From Bacteroidota bacterium (GTDB lineage Bacteria > Bacteroidota > Ignavibacteria > UBA10030 > UBA8401): 64,000 nucleotides of DNA. The stretch is from contig JAJYOK010000006.1 in NCBI GenBank assembly GCA_021796215.1, positions 201 to 64,200 on the forward strand. The letters run 5' to 3'. The translations under genes were made by a program, and so were the position numbers. Below, piece by piece: positions 1 to 10,577 of this stretch. The notes under the pieces are model-generated. The model saw nothing but the letters and a program-made list of their open reading frames with translations. It had not been told where the DNA came from and made no database searches. Position 1 is the stretch's first letter; the number at the start of each line of letters is the position of its first letter.

Positions 1-1011
1 TAAAATATGTATCTTCTTCGCTCCGATTGCTCTTTTGATGCCGATTTCTTTCGTCCTCTCTTTCACTACCACGTACATTACATTGGCAACGCCGACCCCG
101 GCAATCAGCAGTGTCAGAAATCCGACCGCGCCTAAAAAGATGGTGACACCAAGCGCTACTTTTCTGCTGATCTTCTCCGCTTCAATAAAATCCCCGATAC
201 CGAGCGCCCGCTCATCTTTGGGATCGAAGTGGTATTTTCTTCCAAGAACGCGGTATATCTCCGACTTTACAATTTCCTGAGCATTCGGATTGTTCGGTCG
301 AATGACAATCGAATTCACATACTGATTCCCGTACATTGTTCGGAATGTTGAATACGGGATAATCGCCCGCCGCGAATCGGGTCCGTTATTCATTGACGTT
401 TGAATTTTGCTTTGCATAATTCCGACAACGATAAAGGGAATATTGTCCACTAAAAGCTGTTTGCCAACCGGATTCACCGCGCCGAAAATGTCTTTCGCAA
501 TTTCCGGTCCTAAAAAAATTACGCGCCGTTCCTGACTGACGTCATACTCATTCAGAAATCTTCCGCCGTCTGTGGGGTACATCCGGCGCATTTCCTCGAA
601 GCCGGGATTCACACCCTCACATTCCGTGTTGGCGGAATTTTTCTTGTCAGCCAAAGGATGATCAGCCTCGGGCTGATACGTAAGCGTCACACCGCGGCGG
701 TATTGCGGACTGATCATTTCGATGGCGGGAATCGCTCTGCGCAGCACGTCAACATCTTCTTCCTTCAACCCTATCTCACGCCCTTTCGGCAGCCCTTCAT
801 ACAGTAATCCGGTTTCACCGCCGTACACAATCATAATCCTGTTGCCGGCGTTCATAAGCCCGTTTAACAGTTGGTTTCCTAATCCTTCTCCGAAAGAAAG
901 AAGAAGAACAACGGAAATTGTTCCCCACGTGATTGCAACAAGCGTGAGGATTGCCCGCGTTCGGTGTGCGCGGAGGTCGTGAAAAAATTCTTTTAAAAGC
1001 TCAAGCCACAT
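1..1011 (-). CDS. ABC transporter permease, FtsX/MacB-like (partial; N-terminal 337 codons, continues past window start)
   Basis: Minus-strand frame open from ATG at 1009-1011 (MWLELLKEFFHDLRAHRTRAILTLVAITWGTISVVLL...) to position 1 with no stop. Paralogous to the 1110..2345 permease (..VVKERTKEIGIKRAIGAKK vs VVEERIKEIGIKRAVGAKK). Absent from the ORF track because no stop lies in the window. Confidence 0.7.
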   Translation of the reverse strand, partial: MWLELLKEFFHDLRAHRTRAILTLVAITWGTISVVLLLSFGEGLGNQLLNGLMNAGNRIMIVYGGETGLLYEGLPKGREIGLKEEDVDVLRRAIPAIEMISPQYRRGVTLTYQPEADHPLADKKNSANTECEGVNPGFEEMRRMYPTDGGRFLNEYDVSQERRVIFLGPEIAKDIFGAVNPVGKQLLVDNIPFIVVGIMQSKIQTSMNNGPDSRRAIIPYSTFRTMYGNQYVNSIVIRPNNPNAQEIVKSEIYRVLGRKYHFDPKDERALGIGDFIEAEKISRKVALGVTIFLGAVGFLTLLIAGVGVANVMYVVVKERTKEIGIKRAIGAKKIHIL

Positions 1012-1109
1012 GGTAAGAAAATGAAAAAAGTAACTATGAAAAATTAAAAGCCTAAGAAATTTTCTAAGCGATCACTGCGATCCGTAAAAAAACAAGGGAA
1101 GCACTCTCG

Positions 1110-2345
1110 TTATGTACGAATGCAGTCTACTATGTTCAGAGTTGAAGCACGGCGTGCCGGCATTATTCCTGCAACAAATCCGATGACGGAAAGAACGGAA
1201 ATTGCTACCGCGGCAACCTGAAACGAAAATACCGGCAAACCGACATAGTCTTTAATCGGCAGAAGTTGAAGAACCTGAATAATGCCGAACGCGATTGCAA
1301 ACCCGATTGCTGAGCCGATACCGATGATGAAAAATGTTTCCATAAAAAATTGAAAAAGGATGTTCGATTTTTTCGCACCCACCGCCCGCTTGATGCCGAT
1401 TTCTTTGATTCGTTCCTCCACAACGATGTACATAATATTTGCAACACCGATTCCTCCGACAGCAAGCGTAAAACTGCCAATCAAACCCATGAAAAGATTA
1501 AAGGCGAGGAAGAAATAGAAAATGAATTTGTCGAACTCCGCAGTATCCCAGATGAAAACGGCATCCACATCATTTGGATCGAATCTGTATTTCTTGCTTA
1601 ACGCGCCGCGCACTTCTTTCACGATCTCTTCCGTTCTGGAGGGGTCAAGCGGCTTATAAATAATATCTGTCAAATGTATTGCACCGAAGATTGCTGCATA
1701 CGTTGATGCGGGAATAAAAATGCGGTCCTCATCCTGTGAGTAGTACGAGGCATTCTGTGCTTTCTTCACCATCACCCCGATGACGGTGAACGGCACCTGA
1801 CCGATGTAGATAATCTTGCCGACGGCATCGGACCCTCCGAAAAGAAATTCTTTCACCTTGTCGCCGATAAGCACAACGCGCTTTCGCTCCTTCATATCGG
1901 GATCGTTGAGGAACCTTCCGCCCGGTTCGGCAATAATATTCCGCATTTCCGCATACACCGGATACACTCCCGTGATTGCCGGATTGAGAATATTATTTCC
2001 AAAACGAACCGGCACGCCGTATTTAATATATTCCGGACTGATTGTCTTAACGTCGCGGACCTGCGTGGCAATAAACGCTGCGTCGTCTTCAATGAAACTC
2101 AGTTCCCGCCCGGAATTGAATCCTTGATAGGCTTTCGTCGTTCGTCCGGGGAACATAATTGCAATGCTTTCGCCGATGCCGTGCATATGGATAGCAAGTT
2201 CTTTCTTAAAGCCCATGCTGAACGCTACAAGCACGATGATGGCAACAGTTCCCCACGTGATTCCAAAGATGGTGAGAAATACGCGAAGCTTCTGCGCCCG
2301 CAGGTCAAGAATAAATTCGGATATGATATTGAAAAAATGGCTCAT
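1110..2345 (-). CDS. ABC transporter permease, FtsX-like (MacB-type, no fused ATPase)
   Basis: 411 aa. N-terminal TM, large periplasmic domain and C-terminal FtsX 4-TM segment (IKEIGIKRAVGAKKSNILFQF). Tandem with a paralogue downstream. Confidence 0.8.
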   Translation of the reverse strand: MSHFFNIISEFILDLRAQKLRVFLTIFGITWGTVAIIVLVAFSMGFKKELAIHMHGIGESIAIMFPGRTTKAYQGFNSGRELSFIEDDAAFIATQVRDVKTISPEYIKYGVPVRFGNNILNPAITGVYPVYAEMRNIIAEPGGRFLNDPDMKERKRVVLIGDKVKEFLFGGSDAVGKIIYIGQVPFTVIGVMVKKAQNASYYSQDEDRIFIPASTYAAIFGAIHLTDIIYKPLDPSRTEEIVKEVRGALSKKYRFDPNDVDAVFIWDTAEFDKFIFYFFLAFNLFMGLIGSFTLAVGGIGVANIMYIVVEERIKEIGIKRAVGAKKSNILFQFFMETFFIIGIGSAIGFAIAFGIIQVLQLLPIKDYVGLPVFSFQVAAVAISVLSVIGFVAGIMPARRASTLNIVDCIRT

Positions 2346-2360
2346 TCTATCTTCCGTTTT

Positions 2361-3452
2361 TCACTCGATCTTTTTCACGGGCTTCTCGAACACCTCGTCC
2401 CCCTCTTTCAATCCTTTTTGCACTTCAATGTTGATCGCATCGCTCAAACCGGTTTTGATCATCCGGTCTTCATTGTTCCCTGTTGCAAGAGCGGCTTTCA
2501 CAAACGCGGAATCGTTGCGGAATGTAACGACGCGTTCAGGGATCATCAGCACATTTACTTTTTTCTGAATGATGATGTTGGCGTTTGCAGAATATCCCGC
2601 GCGCAGAGTCGCGTTGTCTGATTTCGGAATTGCAATCTCAATCGGAAAGACGGTCGCGTTTTCTTTTTTCTCCGCTTTCAGCGAAATCTTCCGGAGCGTT
2701 CCGCGGATCGTATCGTTCGGCAGTGCACCGACCTTGATTTCCGTTTCCATTCCTTCCTTCAGCTTGCCGACATCAATTTCATCCACCGTTCCTTTGAAAA
2801 GCAAACGCTCCATCGAAGCCATTTTCATCAGCACCGTTCCTTCCTGATAGGACGTCAGCGGAGTAACAGGATCGCCGACTTCGACCGCTTTGCTCAACAC
2901 ATATCCGCTGATGGGAGCTTTCACAATGGATTCGATTTGCATGTCGCCGATATTTATCTTTCCGCTTTCGAGAAGCGCAAGCTTTTCTTTCTCCATTTTC
3001 AACCGCAGTACAGCTTCATCGTACTGCCGCTGGAAATCTTCATAATCTTTTTCGGAGATCAGCTTTTTCTGTATCAGTGATTCCTGACGGACTTTTTCTT
3101 TGTTGAGGCTTTCTACTTCGACTTCAGCGAGCTGTGCTTGTCGCTTCGCATCGGCAAGTTCAAGCGGCGCCGGGTCGGGTTTCAATTCGATGAGCGGTTC
3201 TCCTTCCTTTACATACGCGCCCGGCTCTGCATAAATCTTTTTCACAACACCGGATACTTTCGACTTGATTGAAATTTCATTCTCCGGCTCGATCGTTCCG
3301 ACGGCGAGAGCTTTGTCCACAATGGTTCCATGCACGACCTTTATTTTTAAAAGCGTGCTCTCGTCTGAATTTTTAGAATTTCCAAAGAAGAAAAACCCTG
3401 CCGCGGCAAGAGCAACGACGACGACGGAGAAAATGATGATTTTCTTTTTCAT
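2361..3452 (-). CDS. HlyD/MacA-family periplasmic adaptor (membrane fusion protein)
   Basis: Signal/TM start MKKKIIIFSVVVVALAAAG, long coiled-coil (LELADAKRQAQLAEVEVESLNKEK) and beta-barrel lipoyl-like segments. Internal start chosen at 3452 (MKKK) rather than ORF-track 3503. Confidence 0.8.
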   Translation of the reverse strand: MKKKIIIFSVVVVALAAAGFFFFGNSKNSDESTLLKIKVVHGTIVDKALAVGTIEPENEISIKSKVSGVVKKIYAEPGAYVKEGEPLIELKPDPAPLELADAKRQAQLAEVEVESLNKEKVRQESLIQKKLISEKDYEDFQRQYDEAVLRLKMEKEKLALLESGKINIGDMQIESIVKAPISGYVLSKAVEVGDPVTPLTSYQEGTVLMKMASMERLLFKGTVDEIDVGKLKEGMETEIKVGALPNDTIRGTLRKISLKAEKKENATVFPIEIAIPKSDNATLRAGYSANANIIIQKKVNVLMIPERVVTFRNDSAFVKAALATGNNEDRMIKTGLSDAINIEVQKGLKEGDEVFEKPVKKIE

Positions 3453-3636
3453 GATGACTCCAGGAACTAACAATAAGTGAAAAGTGAGACATGCAGCCTG
3501 CACTCCTTACGCTTCATTCCCTGTAAATGTTTCACTGTGCGGAATTTAAACGCAAAGCATTGCAGGCACGAAGTTCATAGTTGCATAAATTCAGTCTATT
3601 CATCATATTCATCAAAATCATACAGAGAAGAATGCC

Positions 3637-4560
3637 ATGTATTCAATGCCATTGCTGCGACGATTGACGTTTCCGAGCCTTCTGCTTGCTTTCGTTTCTC
3701 TTGCGTCTGCCCAGAACATTGTTCGCGTGAAGAACAACGAGAGCGCGGAAGACCAGTACAAATTCTACTTCCATCAGGCGGACGACGAGATGGGACAATT
3801 CCACTTCCGCGAATCTATCGGCAGTTGTGAAGAAGCGCTGAAGTACAAGCCGAACGATTATCTGATTCGCGCAATTGAGTGTCTCAATTATTATGAGATC
3901 GCTGAAAAGCTTGATGTAAAAAAATCGGACGAGAAGGAACAGAAGATCCGCATCTATGATAAGATGGTTGCGATTGCTGATGAAGGAATTCGCTGCGCGC
4001 CGGACAAAGGTGAGTGTTACTTCATGCGCGGTCTAGCAAACGCGCGGATGGCAACAACAAAGGGAATTCTTTCTCAGCTCTTCACAGCAAAAAGCATCGA
4101 AAAGGATTGGCTTGTTGCCGTTGACCGCAAGTCGGATTACACGACGCAGCACGGAGAAAACCTTCAGGCTTCAGCCAATCTTGCGTTGGGTGTGTATTAC
4201 CGGCTTTGTCCAACGTTCTTTTTGCTGAAGTGGATGTTCGGCATCAGCGGCGACCTTGATAAATCCGTTGAATACTGCAAACGTGCGTACGAACTCGATT
4301 CCACGCGGATTGAAACTGTGAAGGAGTACGGCGTCGCTCTTATCACCCGCGGACTCGACAGAAAGAACAACAGCGACATCGAAGCCGGAAAAGCGTTTCT
4401 CCGAAAAGTGCCAACCCTTCCGCTCCGGCTTAACACCGACAAAATAGACATCGCGCACAGTAAAATGCTTCTCAATGATATTTCCCTTTGTCCCGGTTAC
4501 TCACGCGATGAAGAACAGGATGTTTCGGAAGAATCGTTCGAGAAAGAACAGAAAAAGTAA
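3637..4560 (+). CDS. hypothetical secreted protein (signal peptide, helical/TPR-like)
   Basis: N-terminal signal peptide [26 protein letters not shown]. No recognisable catalytic motif. Confidence 0.45.
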   Translation: MYSMPLLRRLTFPSLLLAFVSLASAQNIVRVKNNESAEDQYKFYFHQADDEMGQFHFRESIGSCEEALKYKPNDYLIRAIECLNYYEIAEKLDVKKSDEKEQKIRIYDKMVAIADEGIRCAPDKGECYFMRGLANARMATTKGILSQLFTAKSIEKDWLVAVDRKSDYTTQHGENLQASANLALGVYYRLCPTFFLLKWMFGISGDLDKSVEYCKRAYELDSTRIETVKEYGVALITRGLDRKNNSDIEAGKAFLRKVPTLPLRLNTDKIDIAHSKMLLNDISLCPGYSRDEEQDVSEESFEKEQKK

Positions 4561-4609
4561 GGCTAACCTTATCGAGGCTCTAAACCTTGACAAGGCTGAA
4601 AGAACTGCA

Positions 4610-6778
4610 ATGGTTTTGAAATTTTTTATACTTACACTCACATTCCTTCCGCTTTTGATGACTGCACAAAGTTGGGACTACGACAAGCATGTCTTCTTCG
4701 ACAACAGCATCACAGACCAATCGTATTTCTACAGCGAAGGCAGTTTTACTGCGCCGAGCGTGCTGGCGCTTGTGAACAACAAACTGCCGGTTGAAACAAA
4801 ACATTTTTTCACGCCGCCGAACGCGCTCCGGCTCGAATGGAAATCCGCTGAAGGCGGAACATGGAGCGCGGCAGTTCTGATCGGCAAATGGCGCAACCGC
4901 GATATTGATTTCATCGGTGACACGCTGTCGTTTTGGTGCTATGCGGAACATGAAATTTCCGGCAGGGCGCTTCCTCTTATTGCGCTTGAAGATATGCTGA
5001 AACACCGGACAAAACAATTTCCGCTGAACGATTTTGTGAATGCTCTGCCGGAAAAAAAATGGATACAAGCTAAAATCCCTCTCGCCGCAGTACATTCCGC
5101 CGATGATTCTGTTGACGTGCATCGTCTTCGTGCAATTCATTTTTCGCAAAACGGGGCGGACGGAATTGCACACACATTGTATCTTGACGAAATTAAAATC
5201 GATGATCATGCCGCAGCGCAAAATGCCCAGCCGCCGAAAGCTCCGTTCAATCTCATTGCTGAAGCGTACGCGCTTCATGTTGACTTACAGTGGCAATCGG
5301 ACACGTCCAACGATATTCAGTTTTTTCAGATTTACCGTTCGTTCGACGGAAAGAATTTTCTGCCGGTTGGAATTCAAAAAGGAAAACTCAGCCGCTATGC
5401 CGATTTTATTGGCGAAACCGGACACCCGGTGTATTACAAAGTAAGCGCGGTGAATTCGTCGTACCGTGGATCGGAATTTTCTTCCGTTGTGAGCGCGGCA
5501 ACACATCCGATGAGCGACGACGAGCTTCTCACAATGGTACAGAAAGCGTGCTTCCGGTACTACTGGGAATCTGCACATCCGGTGTGCGGACTGGCGCTCG
5601 AAAATATTCCCGGCGAAAAAAATCTCGTCGCCATCGGTGCATCGGGATTCGGCATCATGGCGATGGTGGTTGGCATTGACCGCGGATTCATCTCGCGCAA
5701 AGCCGGTGCAGAACGTATGCTGACAATCGTGCGCTTTCTCGAAAAAGCAGACCGGTTTCACGGCACGTTCCCGCATTTTCTCGACGGCAGAACCGGCAAA
5801 GTGATTCCGCTTTTCAGCAAATACGATGACGGCGGCGACCTCGTCGAGACATCGTTTCTTATGGAGGGATTGCTGTCCGCGCGGCAATATTTTTCAAAAG
5901 AAACTCCAACGGAAAAAGAAATCCGTGAAACGATTACACGTTTGTGGAAATCGGTGGAATGGGATTGGTACCGCCAAACACCGAACAGCGATTTTCTTTA
6001 CTGGCACTGGTCGCCAGATTACGGCTGGCACATTCACCATCCATTGATCGGGTGGAACGAAACGATGATCGCATACCTGCTCGCCATCGCATCGCCGACG
6101 CATTCTATCCCGGCAAGCATGTATTACAACGGCTGGGCTTCTCAATCCGACCTTGCGGTGCGGTACCGGCACTGGAGCCAAACAACGGAAGGAGACCATT
6201 ACACGAACGGCAGAACGTATTACGGGATTAAACTTGATGTCGGGGAAGGAACCGGAGGCCCGTTGTTCTTCACGCAGTATTCGTTCATGGGGTTCGATCC
6301 GCACGCGCTGACGGACAAGTACACCAATTATTTTCGGAACAGCAGAAATATTGCGCTCATCAATCACGCGTACTGCGCTGCCAATCCGAAAAATTTTTCC
6401 GGGTACAGCGATAGCTGCTGGGGATTGACGGCGAGCGACGATCCGTGGGGTTATCACGCGCACGATCCGTCCGACCATGCGGACAACGGCACCATTACAC
6501 CAACCGGAGCGCTGGCATCGTTTCCGTATACGCCGGATGAATCAATGAAAGCGCTGAAATATTTTTACTTCTCTCTCGGAGAAAAATTGTGGGGCATCTA
6601 TGGATTCCGCGACGCATTCAACGAAAGCCAAAATTGGGTGGCAGATATTTACATGGGATTGAATCAAGCGCCGATCACGGTGATGATTGAAAACTACCGG
6701 ACGGGATTGATTTGGAAATTGTTCATGTCGAATCCGGAAATTCGGGAGATGGTGAAGAAAATAGAGAAAGAGAAGTGA
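4610..6778 (+). CDS. secreted glycoside hydrolase, six-hairpin fold, DUF3131/GH144-like (putative endo-beta-1,2-glucanase) with N-terminal FN3-like domain
   Basis: Signal peptide [21 protein letters not shown] at internal ATG 4610. FN3-like segment ([13 protein letters not shown]...[17 protein letters not shown]). C-terminal region [34 protein letters not shown]...[14 protein letters not shown] is reminiscent of the DUF3131 family. ORF-track start 4475 overlaps the upstream gene. Confidence 0.5.
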   Translation: MVLKFFILTLTFLPLLMTAQSWDYDKHVFFDNSITDQSYFYSEGSFTAPSVLALVNNKLPVETKHFFTPPNALRLEWKSAEGGTWSAAVLIGKWRNRDIDFIGDTLSFWCYAEHEISGRALPLIALEDMLKHRTKQFPLNDFVNALPEKKWIQAKIPLAAVHSADDSVDVHRLRAIHFSQNGADGIAHTLYLDEIKIDDHAAAQNAQPPKAPFNLIAEAYALHVDLQWQSDTSNDIQFFQIYRSFDGKNFLPVGIQKGKLSRYADFIGETGHPVYYKVSAVNSSYRGSEFSSVVSAATHPMSDDELLTMVQKACFRYYWESAHPVCGLALENIPGEKNLVAIGASGFGIMAMVVGIDRGFISRKAGAERMLTIVRFLEKADRFHGTFPHFLDGRTGKVIPLFSKYDDGGDLVETSFLMEGLLSARQYFSKETPTEKEIRETITRLWKSVEWDWYRQTPNSDFLYWHWSPDYGWHIHHPLIGWNETMIAYLLAIASPTHSIPASMYYNGWASQSDLAVRYRHWSQTTEGDHYTNGRTYYGIKLDVGEGTGGPLFFTQYSFMGFDPHALTDKYTNYFRNSRNIALINHAYCAANPKNFSGYSDSCWGLTASDDPWGYHAHDPSDHADNGTITPTGALASFPYTPDESMKALKYFYFSLGEKLWGIYGFRDAFNESQNWVADIYMGLNQAPITVMIENYRTGLIWKLFMSNPEIREMVKKIEKEK

Positions 6779-6855
6779 CCGCTAATCAGCGTTCAGGTGC
6801 ATGGGCATTGTTTCTCTTATTTTCGGCGCGCTACAAGAGAGAATTTACTTTCCGT

Positions 6856-7047
6856 TTACTTATCCCGCTCAAAGATGACCACAATTTCCTGCCGCGCGCC
6901 GCTTATTGATGGAATATCGGCGGTGGCGACTTCCTTGAGAACCCAGCCTTCGGAAGCATAGGCATTGATCGCCGTTTCAAGTTTTTCCGGATCAAACTTC
7001 CCTGAAAAAAATTTATCCTTCTGCGTCAGCACTTTGTATTCCTTCAT
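6856..7047 (-). CDS. DUF4177-like small protein
   Basis: 63 aa MKEYKVLTQKDKFFSGKFDPEKLETAINAYASEGWVLKEV... matches the small conserved DUF4177 pattern. Confidence 0.5.
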   Translation of the reverse strand: MKEYKVLTQKDKFFSGKFDPEKLETAINAYASEGWVLKEVATADIPSISGARQEIVVIFERDK

Positions 7048-7091
7048 CGTACGACTCCTTGCGTTGTTAATGGAAAAGTTTCACATCGTTC

Positions 7092-7937
7092 TCATTTCTC
7101 AATAATCAAAATCTCGTCAGCAACGCGCCGTTCGCCTGTCTTATCGCTCGGATGATTGACCAGCCCATTATCCTTCGTCCACATTGTTGTCGAGCCGCCG
7201 CCGTCCAGGTTAATTGCGTCCACACATCCCAGGCTTTGCAAATATTTTTGTGCTTCATACAGGCTCATGCCTTCCGCTGTTGCGCTTCTCCCGTCAACAG
7301 CGATAAGCAGCACCGCGTTTTGTGTGAGACAAAGAAATGTTCTCGGATGCCGTTTTTCTGAAAACTGCATGTCGGGTAGTTTCATCGGCTGTGAATTGTG
7401 GATGAGAAGGGGCCCGGAAATCAGCACGGCGTTTTCCTGTTTTGATTCTTCATAAAATTTTTCAGTTTTAGCCGGTTGAATTTCTATATGTGAATCTTTT
7501 GACAGCACGACGGCACCGTTTGCCAGGCTGTCCGGTATCGCCCATTTTCCGGAAGATTTCGTTCTGCTGATAACCGAATCATTGAGTTCAAAGTAGCAGA
7601 CGCTTCCTCCGCTGTCCATATCGAAAAAACTACCGTTGACCGCCGCGACAGCATGATGCTGTTCGGCGATGGAGCTTGTTTTCACTAAAGCAGAATCGCT
7701 GTATGCAAATTCTATATTCAGCCATTTCAGAGATGTATCGGGTATGGTAATAACGTGAATTATCTGACGGCTGTTAAACAACGTATCTGTTTGTATGTTC
7801 GTTAAAGAGAAAAATTTTCCTGTTTCTGACTGCGGAAAATTCCGGGGCGCGGCACTGCAGCTCAACAATATGAGCAGTGTGAGTGCACTGCTTAATGCGT
7901 ATGTTCTCGATTTTCTTGTTACTTCAATATGTAGCAT
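7092..7937 (-). CDS. phosphodiester glycosidase family protein (NAGPA/DUF2233-like), secreted
   Basis: Signal peptide. AVNGSFFDMDSGGS and AINLDGGGSTTMW motifs are typical of the phosphodiester glycosidase domain. Confidence 0.6.
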   Translation of the reverse strand: MLHIEVTRKSRTYALSSALTLLILLSCSAAPRNFPQSETGKFFSLTNIQTDTLFNSRQIIHVITIPDTSLKWLNIEFAYSDSALVKTSSIAEQHHAVAAVNGSFFDMDSGGSVCYFELNDSVISRTKSSGKWAIPDSLANGAVVLSKDSHIEIQPAKTEKFYEESKQENAVLISGPLLIHNSQPMKLPDMQFSEKRHPRTFLCLTQNAVLLIAVDGRSATAEGMSLYEAQKYLQSLGCVDAINLDGGGSTTMWTKDNGLVNHPSDKTGERRVADEILIIEK

Positions 7938-8127
7938 GGTACATGTACAATGTTTGAAAGACGCTTTATGCCGCTTATTTCGTTTTTTCCTGAAACACTT
8001 TCCCCTTTTTGTTCTTTTTTCCGATTCGTTTATACAGGTTGGGTAAATGTGTAAATTTTCCTTTCCACAATCAAGTTGAAAAAGGGCTTATGGCTGTTGG
8101 CGTTGGTAATTGCTCGTTGAATATTGC

Positions 8128-8156
8128 TTGACTGCAATTCTGAAACTGCGTACACT
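8128..8156 (+). promoter_or_regulatory. candidate sigma70-type promoter (TTGACT -17 bp- TACACT) upstream of Y-family polymerase gene
   Basis: TTGACT at 8128-8133 and TACACT at 8151-8156 with a 17-nt spacer, about 48 nt upstream of ATG 8204. Confidence 0.3.
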
Positions 8157-8203
8157 ACTGAACGCCTTCACGTGGAAAATTTCTTTTTGGGAAAGCTTGG
8201 CGT

Positions 8204-9484
8204 ATGGCACTGCGATTTCTCTTTGTTGATTTCAATTCCTATTTTGCATCGGTTGAGCAGCAAGTCAGACCCGAACTGCGCGGCAAACCTATCGCCGTTG
8301 TTCCGGTTATGACCGACACAACCTGCTGTATCGCCGCCAGCTACGAAGCGAAGCGCTTCGGCATCAAAACAGGTACGCTTGTCCGCGAGGCAAAGCAGCT
8401 CTGTCCCGAATTGCGCATCGTTGAAGCGCGCCCGCCGCTCTACATCGAATTCCACCATGCGTTGGTTACCGCAGTCGAATCATGCGTTCCTGTTTACCGT
8501 GTTCTCTCGATTGATGAAATGGGATGCGAGCTGATGGGAAGCCAGCAGAAGCGCGAGAATGCAGAGGCGCTTGCCCGGCACATTAAAGAAACAATCGCGC
8601 ACCGCATAGGAACCGAACTTCGCTCTTCCATCGGCATCGCGCCGAATTTATTTCTTTCAAAAACCGCATCCGACATGCAGAAGCCGGATGGCCTCGTCGT
8701 TATCGAAACGAGCGACTTGCCCGATTGCCTCTACCGCCTTGAGTTGAAAGATTTGAGCGGCGTCGGAAGAAAAATGAGCGTTCGGCTGAACCGATTCGGA
8801 ATTTACACGGTGAAAGATCTATGTGAAGCGAACAAAGCGATGCTGAAAACCGTGTGGCGCGGCATTGAAGGGGACCGGATGTATGATAATCTTCGCGGCA
8901 AGGTGATTCGTTCCCCAGAATCTCACCGCGCTTCCATCGGACATTCCCATGTTCTGCCGCCGTCGCTGCGGAATGACGATGCGGCGTTTTCCGTACTGCA
9001 CCGCCTGGTGCAAAAAGCAGCGACACGCCTCCGCAGTTACGGACTCGCGGCAGGCGCACTCCATGTCAGCGTGAACTACAAAGACCGAGACCGCTGGCGC
9101 GAGGAAGCACATTTCAATCCGACGCAAGATGATGTGATTCTGATGCGCGCTCTGGAAATGCTGTGGCGCTCGCGCGGTGAACATTCCTCCGGCCCGATTG
9201 CTGTCGGCATCACGTTGTTCAGGCTCGGAAAAGAACAGGAAAACACGCTGTCGCTCTTCGAAAAAGAAAAAAATAATGCCGCACTCAACAAAGCGCTTGA
9301 TAAACTCAATCAGCGGTACGGCGCTAACACGATCTATTTCGCCGGCGCGTATGCTGCACGCGAAGCCACACCGGCGCGCATCGCATTCACGCACATTCCC
9401 GACGCTGTGGAAATCGGCGCAAGCAGCGAGGCAGCACCGGGTCGAAAAACGAACAGCCGCGCTAAAACATCGCGGCCATTATAG
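8204..9484 (+). CDS. Y-family DNA polymerase (UmuC-like translesion polymerase)
   Basis: N-terminus LFVDFNSYFASVEQQVRPELRGKPIAVV (D-x-N catalytic motif as in UmuC). LSIDEMGCEL holds the catalytic D/E. C-terminal little-finger region. Confidence 0.8.
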   Translation: MALRFLFVDFNSYFASVEQQVRPELRGKPIAVVPVMTDTTCCIAASYEAKRFGIKTGTLVREAKQLCPELRIVEARPPLYIEFHHALVTAVESCVPVYRVLSIDEMGCELMGSQQKRENAEALARHIKETIAHRIGTELRSSIGIAPNLFLSKTASDMQKPDGLVVIETSDLPDCLYRLELKDLSGVGRKMSVRLNRFGIYTVKDLCEANKAMLKTVWRGIEGDRMYDNLRGKVIRSPESHRASIGHSHVLPPSLRNDDAAFSVLHRLVQKAATRLRSYGLAAGALHVSVNYKDRDRWREEAHFNPTQDDVILMRALEMLWRSRGEHSSGPIAVGITLFRLGKEQENTLSLFEKEKNNAALNKALDKLNQRYGANTIYFAGAYAAREATPARIAFTHIPDAVEIGASSEAAPGRKTNSRAKTSRPL

Positions 9485-9527
9485 CCGCCGCTTTTTGGTT
9501 AAAAAAATTTTGAACAGTTAATCAATT

Positions 9528-10538
9528 ATGAAGGCAATAGTTCTTCACGAAATCGGCGAGCCGGAAAAACTTCGCTATGAAGATGTTCCCGACCCGAAAC
9601 CGGAAAAAGGTGAGGCGGTTGTTCAATTGCATGCGGCTGCGCTGAACCGCCGCGATGTCTGGATTCGCACCGGAAAATACGCGGGAATTAAATTGCCGAT
9701 TATTCTTGGCTCCGACGGTGCAGGAGAAGTTGCTGCTGTTGGAAGCGAGGAAGACGCATCGTGGATTGGAAAATCTGTCGTTATTAATCCGACATTAGAA
9801 TGGGGAAATGACCCGCGCGCGCAATCGTCGTCGTTTCGCATTCTCGGACTTCCCGATAACGGAACGTACGCACAACGGGTAAAAATTCCCGTAAAAAACA
9901 TTTTCCCAAAACCAAAGGCACTTTCGTTCGAAGAAGCAGCAACAATTCCGCTTGCTTCGGTAACAGCGTACCGCGCGGTGGTAACCCGCGGACAAGTTCA
10001 ATCCGGCGAAACAGTTCTTGTGACCGGAATCGGCGGCGGCGTTGCACTCGCGGCGCTTCAAATTGCAAAATCTCTTGGCGCAAAAGTAATTGTTACATCG
10101 GGAAATGATGAAAAATTAGAGCGCGCACAGACTTTTGGCGCGCACGGCGGTGTGAATTATCACGCGGAAGATTGGGGCGATAAAATTCATTCACTTGCCG
10201 GCAACGCGGGCGTTGATGTTGTTATCGACAGCGTCGGCGGAGAAATGTTCAACAGAGGAATTGACTTATTGAAACCGGGCGGACGCTTTGTTTCGTACGG
10301 TTCAACAACGGGCAATGTCGGCAATCTGATATTGAGGAGAATTTTTTGGAAACAGTTGACGGTGCTCGGTTCAACGATGGGAACGCCGGAAGATTTTTCA
10401 GCGATGCTTCAGTTGTATGAACGAAAAGCAATCCAGCCGGTCATTGATTCGATTATTCCGCTTGAGCATGCAAACGAAGCGCATCGGAAAATGGAGCAGG
10501 CAAATCAATTCGGAAAAATTGTTCTGAAGATTGGGTGA
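9528..10538 (+). CDS. zinc-type alcohol dehydrogenase/quinone oxidoreductase (MDR superfamily)
   Basis: MKAIVLHEIGEPEKL..., GSDGAGEVAAVG, Rossmann GIGGGVALAALQIAKSLGAKVIVTSG. Confidence 0.8.
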   Translation: MKAIVLHEIGEPEKLRYEDVPDPKPEKGEAVVQLHAAALNRRDVWIRTGKYAGIKLPIILGSDGAGEVAAVGSEEDASWIGKSVVINPTLEWGNDPRAQSSSFRILGLPDNGTYAQRVKIPVKNIFPKPKALSFEEAATIPLASVTAYRAVVTRGQVQSGETVLVTGIGGGVALAALQIAKSLGAKVIVTSGNDEKLERAQTFGAHGGVNYHAEDWGDKIHSLAGNAGVDVVIDSVGGEMFNRGIDLLKPGGRFVSYGSTTGNVGNLILRRIFWKQLTVLGSTMGTPEDFSAMLQLYERKAIQPVIDSIIPLEHANEAHRKMEQANQFGKIVLKIG

Positions 10539-10562
10539 AGGTTAAAGGTTCATAAACCTTCA
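10536..10562. terminator. possible bidirectional hairpin between convergent ADH-like and tolC-like genes
   Basis: tgaaggtt ... aaccttca inverted repeat (8-bp stem) with a nested aaggtt/aacctt hairpin. No clear U-run. Confidence 0.25.
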
Positions 10563-10577
10563 CAAGGTTTCATAATG

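Noticed and set aside
3453-3503. ORF-track N-terminal extensions of several exported proteins (e.g. 2361-3503, 36470-37165, 37081-37590, 30985-31056, 25059-25097)
   Set aside because: In each case an internal ATG begins a signal peptide or first TM helix. This is often accompanied by an SD (e.g. GAGGAG before 31057) or by an ATGA overlap with the upstream gene.
4475-4609. Long N-terminal extension of the GH144-like ORF overlapping the upstream gene by 86 nt
   Set aside because: The extension is basic and non-hydrophobic. The internal ATG at 4610 starts a classic signal peptide and removes the overlap.
5285-6478. Minus-strand ORFs 5285-5887 and 5894-6478 (about 200 aa each)
   Set aside because: Entirely inside the plus-strand glycosidase gene, which has coherent domain structure. 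Cys/Arg-rich antisense artefacts.
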